Below are positions 1-9,985 of a stretch of 64,000 bases of DNA, piece after piece. The notes under the pieces were generated by a model. The model saw only the letters and a program-made list of their open reading frames with translations. It ran no database searches and was not told the origin of the DNA. Origin of the DNA: Sulfurimonadaceae bacterium (GTDB taxonomy: Bacteria; Campylobacterota; Campylobacteria; Campylobacterales; Sulfurimonadaceae); contig JBFEXS010000002.1 in NCBI GenBank assembly GCA_041562555.1, positions 1 to 64,000 on the forward strand. Direction: 5' to 3'. How positions within the stretch are numbered: position 1 is the stretch's first letter; every line of letters starts with the position of its first letter. Position numbers and translations under genes: made by a program.

Positions 1-606
1 TGAGGATATCCCGGCCTGAGCTGATTTGGCATCCTTGAGAGCTGTCTGTAGAGTCAGGACTTCTGCTTCCAATGTCTGATTTCTTGCTTTTAATGCCTTT
101 GAAGTAGATTCCTCTTCTTTCAGCGATCTTTCCAAAGAACGGATTCTCTGATCTTCATTGCCGGAGGTGTTTCCAGGAGTTTTGTTGCGTTTGAGTTTAT
201 TGAGCTGTGACAGCAAGGATTGGTTTTTTTGGACCAGTATCTGGGCAGAACTGTTCAACCGTTCGTTCTCGTTCTTCAGACTCTCTAACTCTCTTTGCAG
301 ACTGTCAAGTTCTTTCAACTCTTTTTTGACATTCGTATGGGCCTGCTTCAGTCTGCTGTTTTCGAGCTCAAGCTGTTTAATATATGGTGTTTGGTCTTTT
401 TTATCACCGGACTTTGAACCAAGCAGGATGTTCTGCTCTTTGACCTGTGCTACACATGCCTCATTTTCTTTAACTGCCGCCTCATAACGTTTTCGAAGTT
501 CACTCACTTCATCTACGACACTCTGCATGCGTTCTATCATCACATCCTCAGCATACAAAGATGCTGCGATCAGCAATGGTCCAAGGATCAATCTTTTAGA
601 CTTCAT
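1..606 (-). CDS. Partial exported coiled-coil protein, running off the window edge; not in the ORF track
   Basis: ATG at 606 overlaps the trmA TGA (ATGA). Manual translation MKSKRLILGPLLIAASLYAEDVMIERMQSVVDEVSELRKRYE... stays open to position 1. It has a signal-peptide-like N-terminus and heptad-rich E/K/L/Q sequence. Confidence 0.8.
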   Translation of the reverse strand, partial: MKSKRLILGPLLIAASLYAEDVMIERMQSVVDEVSELRKRYEAAVKENEACVAQVKEQNILLGSKSGDKKDQTPYIKQLELENSRLKQAHTNVKKELKELDSLQRELESLKNENERLNSSAQILVQKNQSLLSQLNKLKRNKTPGNTSGNEDQRIRSLERSLKEEESTSKALKARNQTLEAEVLTLQTALKDAKSAQAGISS

Positions 607-1715
607 GCCCTTCTCCTTCGCAATACAGCACCCATCTCCAGATGCGGTGTATAAGGGAACTGATCAAAGGCAGCCATTTGCAACAGTTCAAACTCATCTG
701 AAAGTTCCTCGAGATCGCGTTTTAAGGTCTCAGGATTACATGATATATAGATAAGATGCTCAAATCGTTTGCAAAAAGCCCTTGACCTGTCATCAAGTCC
801 ACTTCGAGGAGGATCAACAAAAAGGGTCTTTAAGGTATATGCACTTAAATCGATATCCTTCATACGTCTGAACTCACGTACCCCGTCAAGAGCTTCCGTA
901 AACTCTTCACTGCTCATCCGGACAAACTCGATATTATGTGTATCGTTTAATTGCATATTGCTCTTTGCTGCATTGATAGAACTTTTGGAAATCTCTGTAG
1001 CCAAAACCTTGTCAAACACACCGGCAAAGGGGATCGTAAAGTTTCCTGCACCGCAATAAAGCTCCAGCAAGTCTCCTTTCAAACCTTCTGCCTGCTTCAA
1101 TGCCCATGAGACCATTTGCTCGTTCACGCCCGGATTAGGCTGTGTAAACGAGTTCTCGATTTGTTTGAAACGATATTGACGCCCATTGAAGTTCAATGTC
1201 TCAGTCACATAATCCTGATTGACAACGACTTTTTGTTTACGGCTTCTTCCGATAATATTGATCCCCAACTCCTGGGAAAGTTCATGGGCCAAAGCATGCC
1301 ATGCATCATCAAGCGTGCGATGATATATCAACGACACAACGATTTCACCATCTGAAGCCGATAGAAAATCAATATTAAAAAGCTTGACATCCATCTGTTT
1401 CTCTTTGATTTTCTCAAGGAGTTTTGGCATAAGCTCCGATATCGACTCGTTCACCATAGGACAGGCATCGATCGTCACAACCCCCTGTTTGTCCAGACGG
1501 TTCATAGCATAGGATATCTCGTCATCAATATGCCATAACTTAAACTCGGAACGTGCTCTGTAATGTTCCGCTTTGGATCTGGCAACATCAAAATCACCCT
1601 GATACAAAGGAGCAAACATTTCTGTGACATCATCCAATTTATACTTTAACTGCTCTTCGTAGGACATCTCATACAGTTTACAACTTCCACAGATCCCAAA
1701 ATATTCACAATTCAC
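603..1715 (-). CDS. trmA: tRNA (uracil-54-C5)-methyltransferase
   Basis: N-terminal CxxFGxCGSC, SAM motif LLELYCGAGNF, VDPPRSG, YISCNPETL and DQFPYTPHLE motifs. Confidence 0.93.
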   Translation of the reverse strand: MNCEYFGICGSCKLYEMSYEEQLKYKLDDVTEMFAPLYQGDFDVARSKAEHYRARSEFKLWHIDDEISYAMNRLDKQGVVTIDACPMVNESISELMPKLLEKIKEKQMDVKLFNIDFLSASDGEIVVSLIYHRTLDDAWHALAHELSQELGINIIGRSRKQKVVVNQDYVTETLNFNGRQYRFKQIENSFTQPNPGVNEQMVSWALKQAEGLKGDLLELYCGAGNFTIPFAGVFDKVLATEISKSSINAAKSNMQLNDTHNIEFVRMSSEEFTEALDGVREFRRMKDIDLSAYTLKTLFVDPPRSGLDDRSRAFCKRFEHLIYISCNPETLKRDLEELSDEFELLQMAAFDQFPYTPHLEMGAVLRRRRA

Positions 1716-1727
1716 ACTGGCTCCTAA

Positions 1728-2459
1728 CTACTTTATACTCGAAATAAGATTACCGATAAGCAGATTCCATCCATCCACAAGGATAAATACAAGGACTTTG
1801 AAGGGAAGAGAAATCATCACCGGCGGAAGCATCATCATACCCATAGACATCAATATGGATGCGACCACCATGTCAATGACCAAAAAGGGTAAAAAGAGCA
1901 AAAAACCTATCTCAAAGGCAGTCTTGAGTTCGGATATCATAAAAGCGGGAACGATCACGGAAAGAGGGACATCTTTGACCGTTTGAGGATTGTCCATCTT
2001 ACGGATCCTAAAAAAGAGTGCCAGGTCTTTCTCTCGGGTATTTCTGATCATAAAGTTTTTAAAGGGCTCCGTCGTGCGTTCAAAAGCGACTTCATAACTG
2101 ATCTCTTCCGCCACATAGGGCTTAATACCGTTCTCATAAGCCTTTTTTCCTACCGGCTCCATAACAAAGATCGTCAAGATCAACGCCAAAGAGACAAGCA
2201 ATTGAGTCGGTGGTATCTGCTGTGTCCCAAGCGCCTGACGTAAAAACCCGAAGATGATAACAAAGCGGGTAAAGGTGGTCGTCATCAGCAATAGACTTGG
2301 TGCAAGAAAGAGGATCGTCAACATCAAGATGACATTGATCGAGCTCACCAGCTGTGCAGGTGTATCCGGGGATGAGAGGGATAAATTGATGGTTGGTACT
2401 TCTACCGTCTCTGCCAGCAAAGAGAGGCTAAGCATTATGAGTAAACTTAAGATCTTCAT
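1728..2459 (-). CDS. fliP: Flagellar export apparatus protein FliP
   Basis: FTRFVIIFGFLRQALGTQQIPP, PAFMISELKTAF and MGMMMLPPVMISLPFK...DGW motifs. Confidence 0.97.
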   Translation of the reverse strand: MKILSLLIMLSLSLLAETVEVPTINLSLSSPDTPAQLVSSINVILMLTILFLAPSLLLMTTTFTRFVIIFGFLRQALGTQQIPPTQLLVSLALILTIFVMEPVGKKAYENGIKPYVAEEISYEVAFERTTEPFKNFMIRNTREKDLALFFRIRKMDNPQTVKDVPLSVIVPAFMISELKTAFEIGFLLFLPFLVIDMVVASILMSMGMMMLPPVMISLPFKVLVFILVDGWNLLIGNLISSIK

Positions 2460-3241
2460 TGATTCAGTGTTTTCGCTTTATCAAGAACAGACTGTTTGAG
2501 TTCACCCTTGCTCTCATTCTTTCGTGCGTAAAAATATATCTCAACACGGCGGTTTTTTTCTCGTCCCTTAAGTGTCGTATTGCTTCCTTCGGGACGATAA
2601 TCCGCAAAGCCCGCTGCATGCATGCGGTCAGGTTTCACACCTCCCAGGAGCAGTTCTTTCAAGACTGCAATAGCCCGTGCACTGGAAAGATCCCAATTGT
2701 CTTGATACGGGCTGTTACGCGAAGGGGGAACATTGTCCGTGTGCCCACGTACGCTTGCCTCAAGGTCATTGGGAAGTTCTTGGATCAAAAGTGCTATACG
2801 TTTTAAAAACAACAATGCATCCTCATCCTCGATTTTAGCCTCTCCCGGCTTGAACAACAGCGACGCAGGCAAACGCAGGACAAAACCTTCCTCACTCTCA
2901 TTAAGCGTAACAGCAGGCCCCTTCCCTTTTTCCATCATCTCGTTCATCTCTGCAATGGCCTGCTTGATGCGATTGACCTGTTCAGAACTCTCATCACGGT
3001 TTTCGATAGGAGTAGACTCCAGAATACGTTGCTTTGAGATTTCCGTCTTGGTACCGCCTTCGAGGACGGACATTGCACCGGCAAGGGAACCGATAGCTTC
3101 AGAGATTTTCTTTGCGTCCATGCTTGACATGGAGAGCAAAAGTACAAAGAAACACAGTAGCAGTGACATAAGGTCACCAAAGGCTGCCAACCACGCCGGA
3201 AGACATTTTGGACAATCGCAAGGTTTGCTCTTTTTTCCCAT
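2456..3241 (-). CDS. motB: Flagellar stator protein MotB (OmpA-like peptidoglycan-binding domain)
   Basis: WLAAFGDLMSLLLCFFVLL transmembrane helix with the conserved Asp, plus GHTD, NWDLSSARA and NRRVEI; follows motA. Confidence 0.95.
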   Translation of the reverse strand: MGKKSKPCDCPKCLPAWLAAFGDLMSLLLCFFVLLLSMSSMDAKKISEAIGSLAGAMSVLEGGTKTEISKQRILESTPIENRDESSEQVNRIKQAIAEMNEMMEKGKGPAVTLNESEEGFVLRLPASLLFKPGEAKIEDEDALLFLKRIALLIQELPNDLEASVRGHTDNVPPSRNSPYQDNWDLSSARAIAVLKELLLGGVKPDRMHAAGFADYRPEGSNTTLKGREKNRRVEIYFYARKNESKGELKQSVLDKAKTLNQ

Positions 3242-3257
3242 TCCGTGCTACCCGAGT

Positions 3258-4022
3258 TTATGCAAACTGACTTACACGGTCAGCAGGAGAAAGGAAAGAA
3301 AGAAGTTTTGCTTCCAAAGTACGCGGGTTGTCCCCTGCTTGAATAGACATGATTCCTTCAAGTACGACCTCTTTGACAAGGTTCTCCTCATCGTTTCTGA
3401 TCAACAGGATATTGGCAATCGGCGCGCCAAAGATATTACCGATCATGGCACCATACATCGTCGTTAATAAGGCAACCGCCATTGAAGGACCGATTGCTGA
3501 GGGATCAGCCATGTTCAAAAGCATCGCGACCAGACCGATTAGTGTACCGATCATCCCCATCGCACCGGCAAAACCTGCCCATTGATCAAAAATCGCAGCA
3601 TTTCCTTTATGGCGGGTACTTGTCTGTTCCATCTCAATCTCCAAGAGATCACGTATAGTATCCGGTTCATTCCCGTCGACTGCCATGGAAAGCCCCTGTT
3701 TCAAAAAAGCATTCTGTTCCGTGTTCGCGGCTGCTTCCAGAGAAAGAATACCATCACGCCGCGCTTGAGTCGCATATTCGACAAGTTTGGAGATCAGAGC
3801 CTGCAGATCTTCTTGCGGTGGTTTGACGGCAACCATGAAAATCTTCACGAAATTCTTCATCTGCTCCATTTTGAAACCAACAAGAAGCGAGCCAAGCGAT
3901 CCACCAAATACGATTAACACCGAAGGGATATCAATATACGCACCAATACCAACACCCATTGCCATCGCACCCAGAAGCAGTGCAATAATTAAAACAAGAC
4001 CTATGACCGTCGCTAAATCCAT
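3258..4022 (-). CDS. motA: Flagellar stator protein MotA
   Basis: MDLATVIG start, ARRDGILSLE, GMIGTLIGLVAML, AVALLTTMYG and GDNPR motifs. Confidence 0.96.
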   Translation of the reverse strand: MDLATVIGLVLIIALLLGAMAMGVGIGAYIDIPSVLIVFGGSLGSLLVGFKMEQMKNFVKIFMVAVKPPQEDLQALISKLVEYATQARRDGILSLEAAANTEQNAFLKQGLSMAVDGNEPDTIRDLLEIEMEQTSTRHKGNAAIFDQWAGFAGAMGMIGTLIGLVAMLLNMADPSAIGPSMAVALLTTMYGAMIGNIFGAPIANILLIRNDEENLVKEVVLEGIMSIQAGDNPRTLEAKLLSFLSPADRVSQFA

Positions 4023-4261
4023 TCAATCCCCGTAAATTATTAAATTATTCATTAAGTACAATATTATTACTTAATTTTCAAAAAAGAAGCTTAAATCGCT
4101 CCTGCTGTAGCCAACTACCTACTCAAGTGTAGATATTTATTAACTCTAAATCGGTAGTTTTATCAAAAACATTATCTAAAAACAGGAAATACTCTGGCAG
4201 TGATGTTCATTGAAAATTAATGCTAAAATAACATTCATGTAACATGCATGCAAGTTATTTT

Positions 4262-4270
4262 TGTTATAAT
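4262..4270 (+). promoter_or_regulatory. Extended -10 sigma70 promoter for glmU
   Basis: TGtTATAAT about 30 nt upstream of the glmU ATG, preceded by an AT-rich tract. Confidence 0.6.
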
Positions 4271-4300
4271 CTCACAAAAAAATAAAAAAGAACAGTACTT

Positions 4301-5599
4301 ATGAATTTATCTATCGTAATCCTGGCTGCCGGTAAAGGCAGCCGTATGAAATCGTCCAAAGCAAAAGTCCTACATCCCATCAGTGGAAAAGAGATGCTCT
4401 ATTACATCATCAAGGAGTCTTTAAAGATCTCCAATGACGTCACTGTCGTCATCCACCATCAAAAAGATGCTGTACAGGAAGCTATGATCAAACACTTTGG
4501 AGACAAGATCAACTTTTTGGTTCAGGATGCCGACAATTTTCCGGGAACTGGCGGTGCAGTTATGGGTATTCAGCCCAAACATGACAGAGTCCTTGTTCTC
4601 AATGGTGACATGCCTCTGATCACTGCTGAAGCACTCAGCGGTTTTGAGGCATCTGCTGCCGATATAACGATGTCAATCTTTGACCTTGAAGACTCTTCAG
4701 GATATGGGCGTGTCATCATTTCCCCTGATGGCGTAGAACGCATCGTAGAAGAAAAAGATGCGAATGAGAGGGAGAAAGCCGTTACGACTGTAAATGCCGG
4801 CATCTATTCTTTTTCCAGATCTGTGATAGAAAGCTATCTTCCTAAACTCAGTAATGATAATGCCCAGCAGGAGTATTATCTGACAGATATTATCTCCATG
4901 GCTCGCGCTGACGGACTGAGTATTGAGCCTCTTCTGGTTGACGAAGAGCACTTCAAAGGTGTCAATTCAAAGTTTGATCTTGCCAATGCAGAAGAGATCA
5001 TGCAAGAACGTATCAAAAGTCATTGGATGAAAGCCGGAATCAGCATGCAGCTTCCTTCCACCATATACATCGAAGAAGGTGTCACGTTCAATGGTGAGTC
5101 CATGATCGAGAATGGGGTGCGTCTATGTGGGAACACACTTATCGAGAATGCCCATATCAAGTCCGGCTCCGTCATCGAGGACAGTATCATCAAGAACTCG
5201 GACATTGGACCCCTTGCACATATCCGTCCACATTCGCATATTGAAGATACCCATATCGGAAATTTTGTGGAAGTAAAAAAATCGACCCTCAAGGGAGTGA
5301 AAGCGGGACACCTTTCCTATTTGGGTGATGCACAAGTCGATGAAGGAACCAATGTAGGCGCCGGTGTCATCACCTGTAATTATGATGGTAAGGCCAAGTA
5401 TCAGACCATCATCGGTAAGAATGTCTTTATCGGTTCGGACACGCAACTGGTCGCGCCGGTGATCGTTGAAGACGATGTACTCATCGCCGCTGGCACCACC
5501 GTAACGGCAGACAAGATTGAAAAAGGATCTCTTTCCGTCTCCCGTACACCTTTGAAATCTGTTGCAGGCTTTTACTACAAGTTCTTTGGTAGAAAATAG
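4301..5599 (+). CDS. glmU: Bifunctional UDP-GlcNAc pyrophosphorylase / glucosamine-1-P acetyltransferase
   Basis: [40 protein letters not shown] and hexapeptide repeats. Confidence 0.97.
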   Translation: MNLSIVILAAGKGSRMKSSKAKVLHPISGKEMLYYIIKESLKISNDVTVVIHHQKDAVQEAMIKHFGDKINFLVQDADNFPGTGGAVMGIQPKHDRVLVLNGDMPLITAEALSGFEASAADITMSIFDLEDSSGYGRVIISPDGVERIVEEKDANEREKAVTTVNAGIYSFSRSVIESYLPKLSNDNAQQEYYLTDIISMARADGLSIEPLLVDEEHFKGVNSKFDLANAEEIMQERIKSHWMKAGISMQLPSTIYIEEGVTFNGESMIENGVRLCGNTLIENAHIKSGSVIEDSIIKNSDIGPLAHIRPHSHIEDTHIGNFVEVKKSTLKGVKAGHLSYLGDAQVDEGTNVGAGVITCNYDGKAKYQTIIGKNVFIGSDTQLVAPVIVEDDVLIAAGTTVTADKIEKGSLSVSRTPLKSVAGFYYKFFGRK

Positions 5600-5613
5600 T
5601 CAATAGCGCCGGT

Positions 5614-5991
5614 ATGAAATCCAGTCTGACTCTATTTCCGCTTACCTATGTACATAGGTATTGGCTGCCCTTAAGCCTCTTGATCCTGTTTGCTATCTCC
5701 CTGCTCTCTTTGTGGCCGTTGGAAACACTTCCATCCGTACCGGGGTCTGATAAAACTCATCACTTCATCGCATACATGGTTCTAGCCTTTCCAACCGCAT
5801 TGAGAAGGCCCCATAGATGGTTATACATCATCTTTTTTTTCATCCTTTATAGCGGTTGCATTGAACTGATCCAACCCTATGTTAATCGCTATGGAGAGTG
5901 GCTGGACATGTTAGCGAACACAACAGGTGTCATGCTTGGGATTCTATTGGCATATGCCGTCCGCATACGTCTAAACATCCCCAAAGACTAG
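5614..5991 (+). CDS. VanZ-like family membrane protein
   Basis: DKTHHFIAY, IELIQPY and DMLANTTG match the VanZ-family pattern; about four hydrophobic segments. Confidence 0.8.
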   Translation: MKSSLTLFPLTYVHRYWLPLSLLILFAISLLSLWPLETLPSVPGSDKTHHFIAYMVLAFPTALRRPHRWLYIIFFFILYSGCIELIQPYVNRYGEWLDMLANTTGVMLGILLAYAVRIRLNIPKD

Positions 5992-5992
5992 G

Positions 5993-7240
5993 TTAATCTC
6001 CCACATTCATCCCGGCCAGATATCCGCTTGCAAATGACCACTGCAGATTGTACCCGCCACACGGCCCGTCCAGATTCATCACCTCGCCGCAAAAATAAAG
6101 ACCTTTGATCACTTTGGACTCCATAGTCTCGGGACGGATTTCTTTCAGTGAAACACCACCCCTGGTGATCATTGCCATCTTGAACCCGTCATGTCCTATG
6201 ACGGTTAACGGTGTCCATGCCAACAATTTGATGAGATCTGCTTTGACCTGTCCCGGAAGTTTATTGAACCCAAGCTGCGGATCTGCGCCTGCGAGCTTGC
6301 ACATCTCCAGGGAAAGTGCCTCAGGAAGGAGAGTCTTAAGTAATTCCAGCGTATTTTCATATTTATTAGTATTAATCATCTTTTTGAAATACTTCAGCAG
6401 TTCGTCTTCATTTTTCCCCTTAGTAAGATTAAGCAGTAAAGGGACCTCTTTATACTGTTGTATCAATGGTGTTACTTCCCGTGCAAAATCCAAAACAACC
6501 GGCCCTCGTATCCCGTTTTTTGTAAAGATCAAATCACCCTTTGCTCGTAATTTTCTTGCTTTTTTAAGGTCCACACGAAGCTCTACTTTTGCGATGGTAT
6601 CTGCTCTGCAGTTTTCCACCCATCTCTCTTTGACCTTTAAGGGCATCATCGCCGGGAACAGTTCTGTCACCTTATGACCGACAGATTCGGCCAAAGGATA
6701 GCCATCTCCCTCGGCACCCAGAACAGGATACCCCAATCCACCTGTTGCCACCACGACTGAAGTAGCCATATAGGCTCTGTCTTGCGTCCTGACACCTTGC
6801 ATCTTCTCATCATCAAATATAAATTCATCAACACGAGCTCCAGTGATAACACGTACACCCAACCGAGTCAATTCATCTTCGAGGGCACTGAGTATGGTCC
6901 CTGCATTGTGTGTTATGGGAAAGACACGGTACCCGTCCGGAGCATGGGACTCAACACCGATCTCTTTAAAAAAAGCGATAAGCTTTTTATGATCAAAGGC
7001 TTCAAGAGCAGGTGTCATAAAACGCCCTTCTCTTCCAAAACGTGCCATGAACTCATCATTAGAGAGAGTATTGGTTAAATTACAACGCCCGCCGCCTGTT
7101 GCCTTTAACTTGGCTCCAAGTTTAGAAAGCTTTTCAAGCAATACAACTTTCTTACCTCGTCTTGCAGCAGTTATGGCAGAGATCATACCTGCAGCGCCTG
7201 AACCGACAACAATGACATCACAACGATTATTATCTGACAA
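5993..7240 (-). CDS. HI0933/BaiN/YhiN-family flavoprotein
   Basis: GSGAAG dinucleotide motif, GAKLKATGGGRCNLTN, ATGG, GEVMNLDGPCGGYNLQWSFASG. The likely start is TTG at 7240 behind a GAGGTG RBS, not the ORF-track start at 7339. Confidence 0.9.
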   Translation of the reverse strand: MSDNNRCDVIVVGSGAAGMISAITAARRGKKVVLLEKLSKLGAKLKATGGGRCNLTNTLSNDEFMARFGREGRFMTPALEAFDHKKLIAFFKEIGVESHAPDGYRVFPITHNAGTILSALEDELTRLGVRVITGARVDEFIFDDEKMQGVRTQDRAYMATSVVVATGGLGYPVLGAEGDGYPLAESVGHKVTELFPAMMPLKVKERWVENCRADTIAKVELRVDLKKARKLRAKGDLIFTKNGIRGPVVLDFAREVTPLIQQYKEVPLLLNLTKGKNEDELLKYFKKMINTNKYENTLELLKTLLPEALSLEMCKLAGADPQLGFNKLPGQVKADLIKLLAWTPLTVIGHDGFKMAMITRGGVSLKEIRPETMESKVIKGLYFCGEVMNLDGPCGGYNLQWSFASGYLAGMNVGD

Positions 7241-7337
7241 ACGCACCTCTTTCACATGGGTCATTACCCGTATCATAGGTGCAATTATACCGATTCGTCT
7301 AAAATTAGTGTAAAATACTCTAAAAAAGTTTCTATCC

Positions 7338-8552
7338 ATGTTTGCAGATCTACTTAAAAATAAAAAAATCCTTCTGGGCGTCAGTGGTTCTATATCTATC
7401 TATAAATCTCTCGAACTCATCCGCCTGTTCATCAAAAGTGGCGCACAAGTACGCGTGATCATGAGTGAATCAGCTAAAAAGTTCATCACTCCGCTGACCT
7501 TTGAGACTATCTCTATGAACACAGTACTGCATGAGGCTACAGAATCATGGGACAGTGATCTGAATCATATAAAAATAGGTGAATGGGCAGATGCCTTTGT
7601 TATCGCCCCTGCCTCGGCAAACACCATAGCCAAGCTTTCCCAGGGATTTGCAGACAACCTGCTCTTACAGACGGCATTGGCCTATCCTGGGGAAAAATTG
7701 CTTTGTCCTGCTGCAAACACCCATATGATCAATAATCCTATCATCTCCACTTCCATGCAAAACCTTGCAAAAAGTAACTATACATTGATGAATACCCAGA
7801 CCAAGCTTTTAGCCTGCAACACAGAGGGAGACGGTGCCCTTGTTGATATAGAGGACATCTATTTTCAAACGGCACAGATGCTCTTAAAAGATAGGTTTTG
7901 GCTGGACAGGTCTGTCGTCGTAAGCGGCGGGGGAAGTATCGAAAAGATCGATGATGTGCGCTATCTCTCCAATTTCTCAAGTGGAAAGATGGGTTCATCT
8001 CTTGCACTGGCACTCTACCTCAAAGGGGCAAATGTCAGTTTTATCTCCTCGCGTTTTCCGCAGCGCCTTCCGGCTTCTATGCAGCAGATCCCTGTACAGG
8101 GGTCCGCACATATGTATCAAGAACTTGTGGAACATATCGATACAGCAAAGAACACATCAAAAGAGCCCTATCTCTTTATGGTTGCAGCTGTGAGTGATTA
8201 TGTGCCAAGTTTTCCCAAAGAAGGAAAACTAAAGAAAAATGAGCTTGGAGAGCACTGGAGCCTGGAGCTTAAACAAAATCGCGACCTTCTTCACTCCATT
8301 GACAAAAAAGGGATAAAGGCTATAGGCTTCAAAGCTGAGATGGATCAAAAGCTTGCACTCGATCATGCAAAAAACATGTTAAAGAACAAATCCCTTGATG
8401 CTGTCTGTATGAACCTTCTTACAGACAGTTCCAGCTTTGCTACAGATGACAACGCTATCGAGTTCATAACTTCCAAGTCCCAAAAAAGTCTTGCAAGCCA
8501 GGACAAGCTTTCACTCTCATTGAACCTATTGGAGTTATGTAAAGAGCTATGA
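7338..8552 (+). CDS. coaBC: Phosphopantothenoylcysteine decarboxylase/synthetase
   Basis: LLGVSGSISIYK, APASANTIAK, LAC...GDG, IDDVRYLSNFSSGKMG, AAVSDY and GFKAE motifs. Confidence 0.95.
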   Translation: MFADLLKNKKILLGVSGSISIYKSLELIRLFIKSGAQVRVIMSESAKKFITPLTFETISMNTVLHEATESWDSDLNHIKIGEWADAFVIAPASANTIAKLSQGFADNLLLQTALAYPGEKLLCPAANTHMINNPIISTSMQNLAKSNYTLMNTQTKLLACNTEGDGALVDIEDIYFQTAQMLLKDRFWLDRSVVVSGGGSIEKIDDVRYLSNFSSGKMGSSLALALYLKGANVSFISSRFPQRLPASMQQIPVQGSAHMYQELVEHIDTAKNTSKEPYLFMVAAVSDYVPSFPKEGKLKKNELGEHWSLELKQNRDLLHSIDKKGIKAIGFKAEMDQKLALDHAKNMLKNKSLDAVCMNLLTDSSSFATDDNAIEFITSKSQKSLASQDKLSLSLNLLELCKEL

Positions 8553-9295
8553 TCATCGCTTCTGCCCTTCAGATTCAATCTCTTCTGGCAGAACTCTCTT
8601 CCAGGCGCTTATCCTCCTTATTGCCGGTAGAAGTCCTTGTACTTAAAAAGCTTTCTGATCAAACATTTCTATTGCAAATCAATTCCAAGACCTTTGAGAC
8701 GACAAGTCCCAAACCTTTGGAAGTCGGACAGACCTACCTTGCATCTATTTCAAAAGAGCCGAACAAAAGCACTTTGTTCTTGAATCATCTTTATAAAATT
8801 CCACTCAAACAAGAGCAAGCCCTTCTTCCCCTTGAGACAGTGATCTCCCACTTTAAAAAGCCTTCAAAAGAGTCGCTGACCCAATTACATTCAACACTTC
8901 TGTCTACCCTCGCAAACAGTTCATCAAAAGAGGAATTTAACTTTTTCACCCAAGTATTACTCGGACTATCCCAAGGTCTTGTATCGCTGCCTTTTAATTA
9001 CAAGAACGGATTTGGACTTTTACAGTATAAAAGAAAGCAAAAACAAGAAAAACAAAGCCAAGATGAAGTACAATTTTATGCACATCTAAAACAATTGGGC
9101 CCCCTCGACGGTACGGTCAGTATTACAAACGATGATGTGCACGTGCAAATCAATGTTCTGTTTGAAGAAAGTTTAGACATCCTTAATGAACTTAAAGAAG
9201 ATTTTTCCTTCCATCACAACATGCACATCAGGCTTAAAGAGGAGATATCACCTCTATTTGTCTTAAATGACAAGATACTTGATATCAAACTATAA
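8549..9295 (+). CDS. Hypothetical protein with a FliK-C-like C-terminus
   Basis: Coupled to coaBC by an ATGA overlap. C-terminal LKQLGPLDGTVSITNDDVHVQIN resembles the FliK C-domain pattern. Confidence 0.7.
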   Translation: MIIASALQIQSLLAELSSRRLSSLLPVEVLVLKKLSDQTFLLQINSKTFETTSPKPLEVGQTYLASISKEPNKSTLFLNHLYKIPLKQEQALLPLETVISHFKKPSKESLTQLHSTLLSTLANSSSKEEFNFFTQVLLGLSQGLVSLPFNYKNGFGLLQYKRKQKQEKQSQDEVQFYAHLKQLGPLDGTVSITNDDVHVQINVLFEESLDILNELKEDFSFHHNMHIRLKEEISPLFVLNDKILDIKL

Positions 9296-9310
9296 GTTGC
9301 TAGGGAAGTT

Positions 9311-9985
9311 ATGAACGAAGCCAAACATATCGCTATCATCATGGACGGAAACGGACGCTGGGCTGAGCAACAGGGAAAAAAGCGTTATGTAGGGCATGAA
9401 GCGGGTTCTGAAGTGGTTAGAGAAATCACAACCTATTGTGCCAATGACCCCGTAATCGAACGCTTGACCTTGTATGCATTTAGTACCGAAAATTGGAAAC
9501 GACCCAAACTTGAAGTTGACTTTCTGATGAAACTCCTTGCCAACTATCTTAAGAACGAACTTCCGACCTACCTTGAACTTGGGGTGCGTTTTGAAATGAT
9601 TGGTGATCCCACCCGTTTCTCCCCCTCTTTACAAAAACAGATCTCTGTTTTGGAAGAAGAGACAAAACATTGTACAAACCTTATTCAACACCTTGCCCTT
9701 AACTACGGCTCAAGAAATGAAATATTACGTGCTGTCAATTCCTTGAAAGGAAGTGAGATGATCACGGAAGAGAGTCTAAACAATGCCCTTGACTGCAAAC
9801 ATGATGTTGATCTGCTCATCCGCAGCGGAGGAGACCATCGACTCTCCAATTACATGCTTTGGCAAGCAGCCTATGCCGAACTCTTTTTTACAGACACTTT
9901 ATGGCCGGACTTTACAAGTGATGAGTTAGAGAGTATTATTACATCTTACAAAACTATTGAGAGACGCTTTGGAGGTATTAAATGA
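9311..9985 (+). CDS. uppS: Undecaprenyl diphosphate synthase
   Basis: HIAIIMDGNGRWA, YAFSTENWKRP, DLLIRSGGDHRLSNYMLWQ and LWPDF motifs. Confidence 0.96.
   Translation: MNEAKHIAIIMDGNGRWAEQQGKKRYVGHEAGSEVVREITTYCANDPVIERLTLYAFSTENWKRPKLEVDFLMKLLANYLKNELPTYLELGVRFEMIGDPTRFSPSLQKQISVLEEETKHCTNLIQHLALNYGSRNEILRAVNSLKGSEMITEESLNNALDCKHDVDLLIRSGGDHRLSNYMLWQAAYAELFFTDTLWPDFTSDELESIITSYKTIERRFGGIK

Noticed and set aside
2733..3467. 244-aa + strand ORF and similar long shadow ORFs (e.g. 6105-6677, 21688-22500, 28105-28725, 53201-53824, 60000-60587)
   Set aside because: They lie antisense to well-supported conserved genes and show no recognisable motifs.
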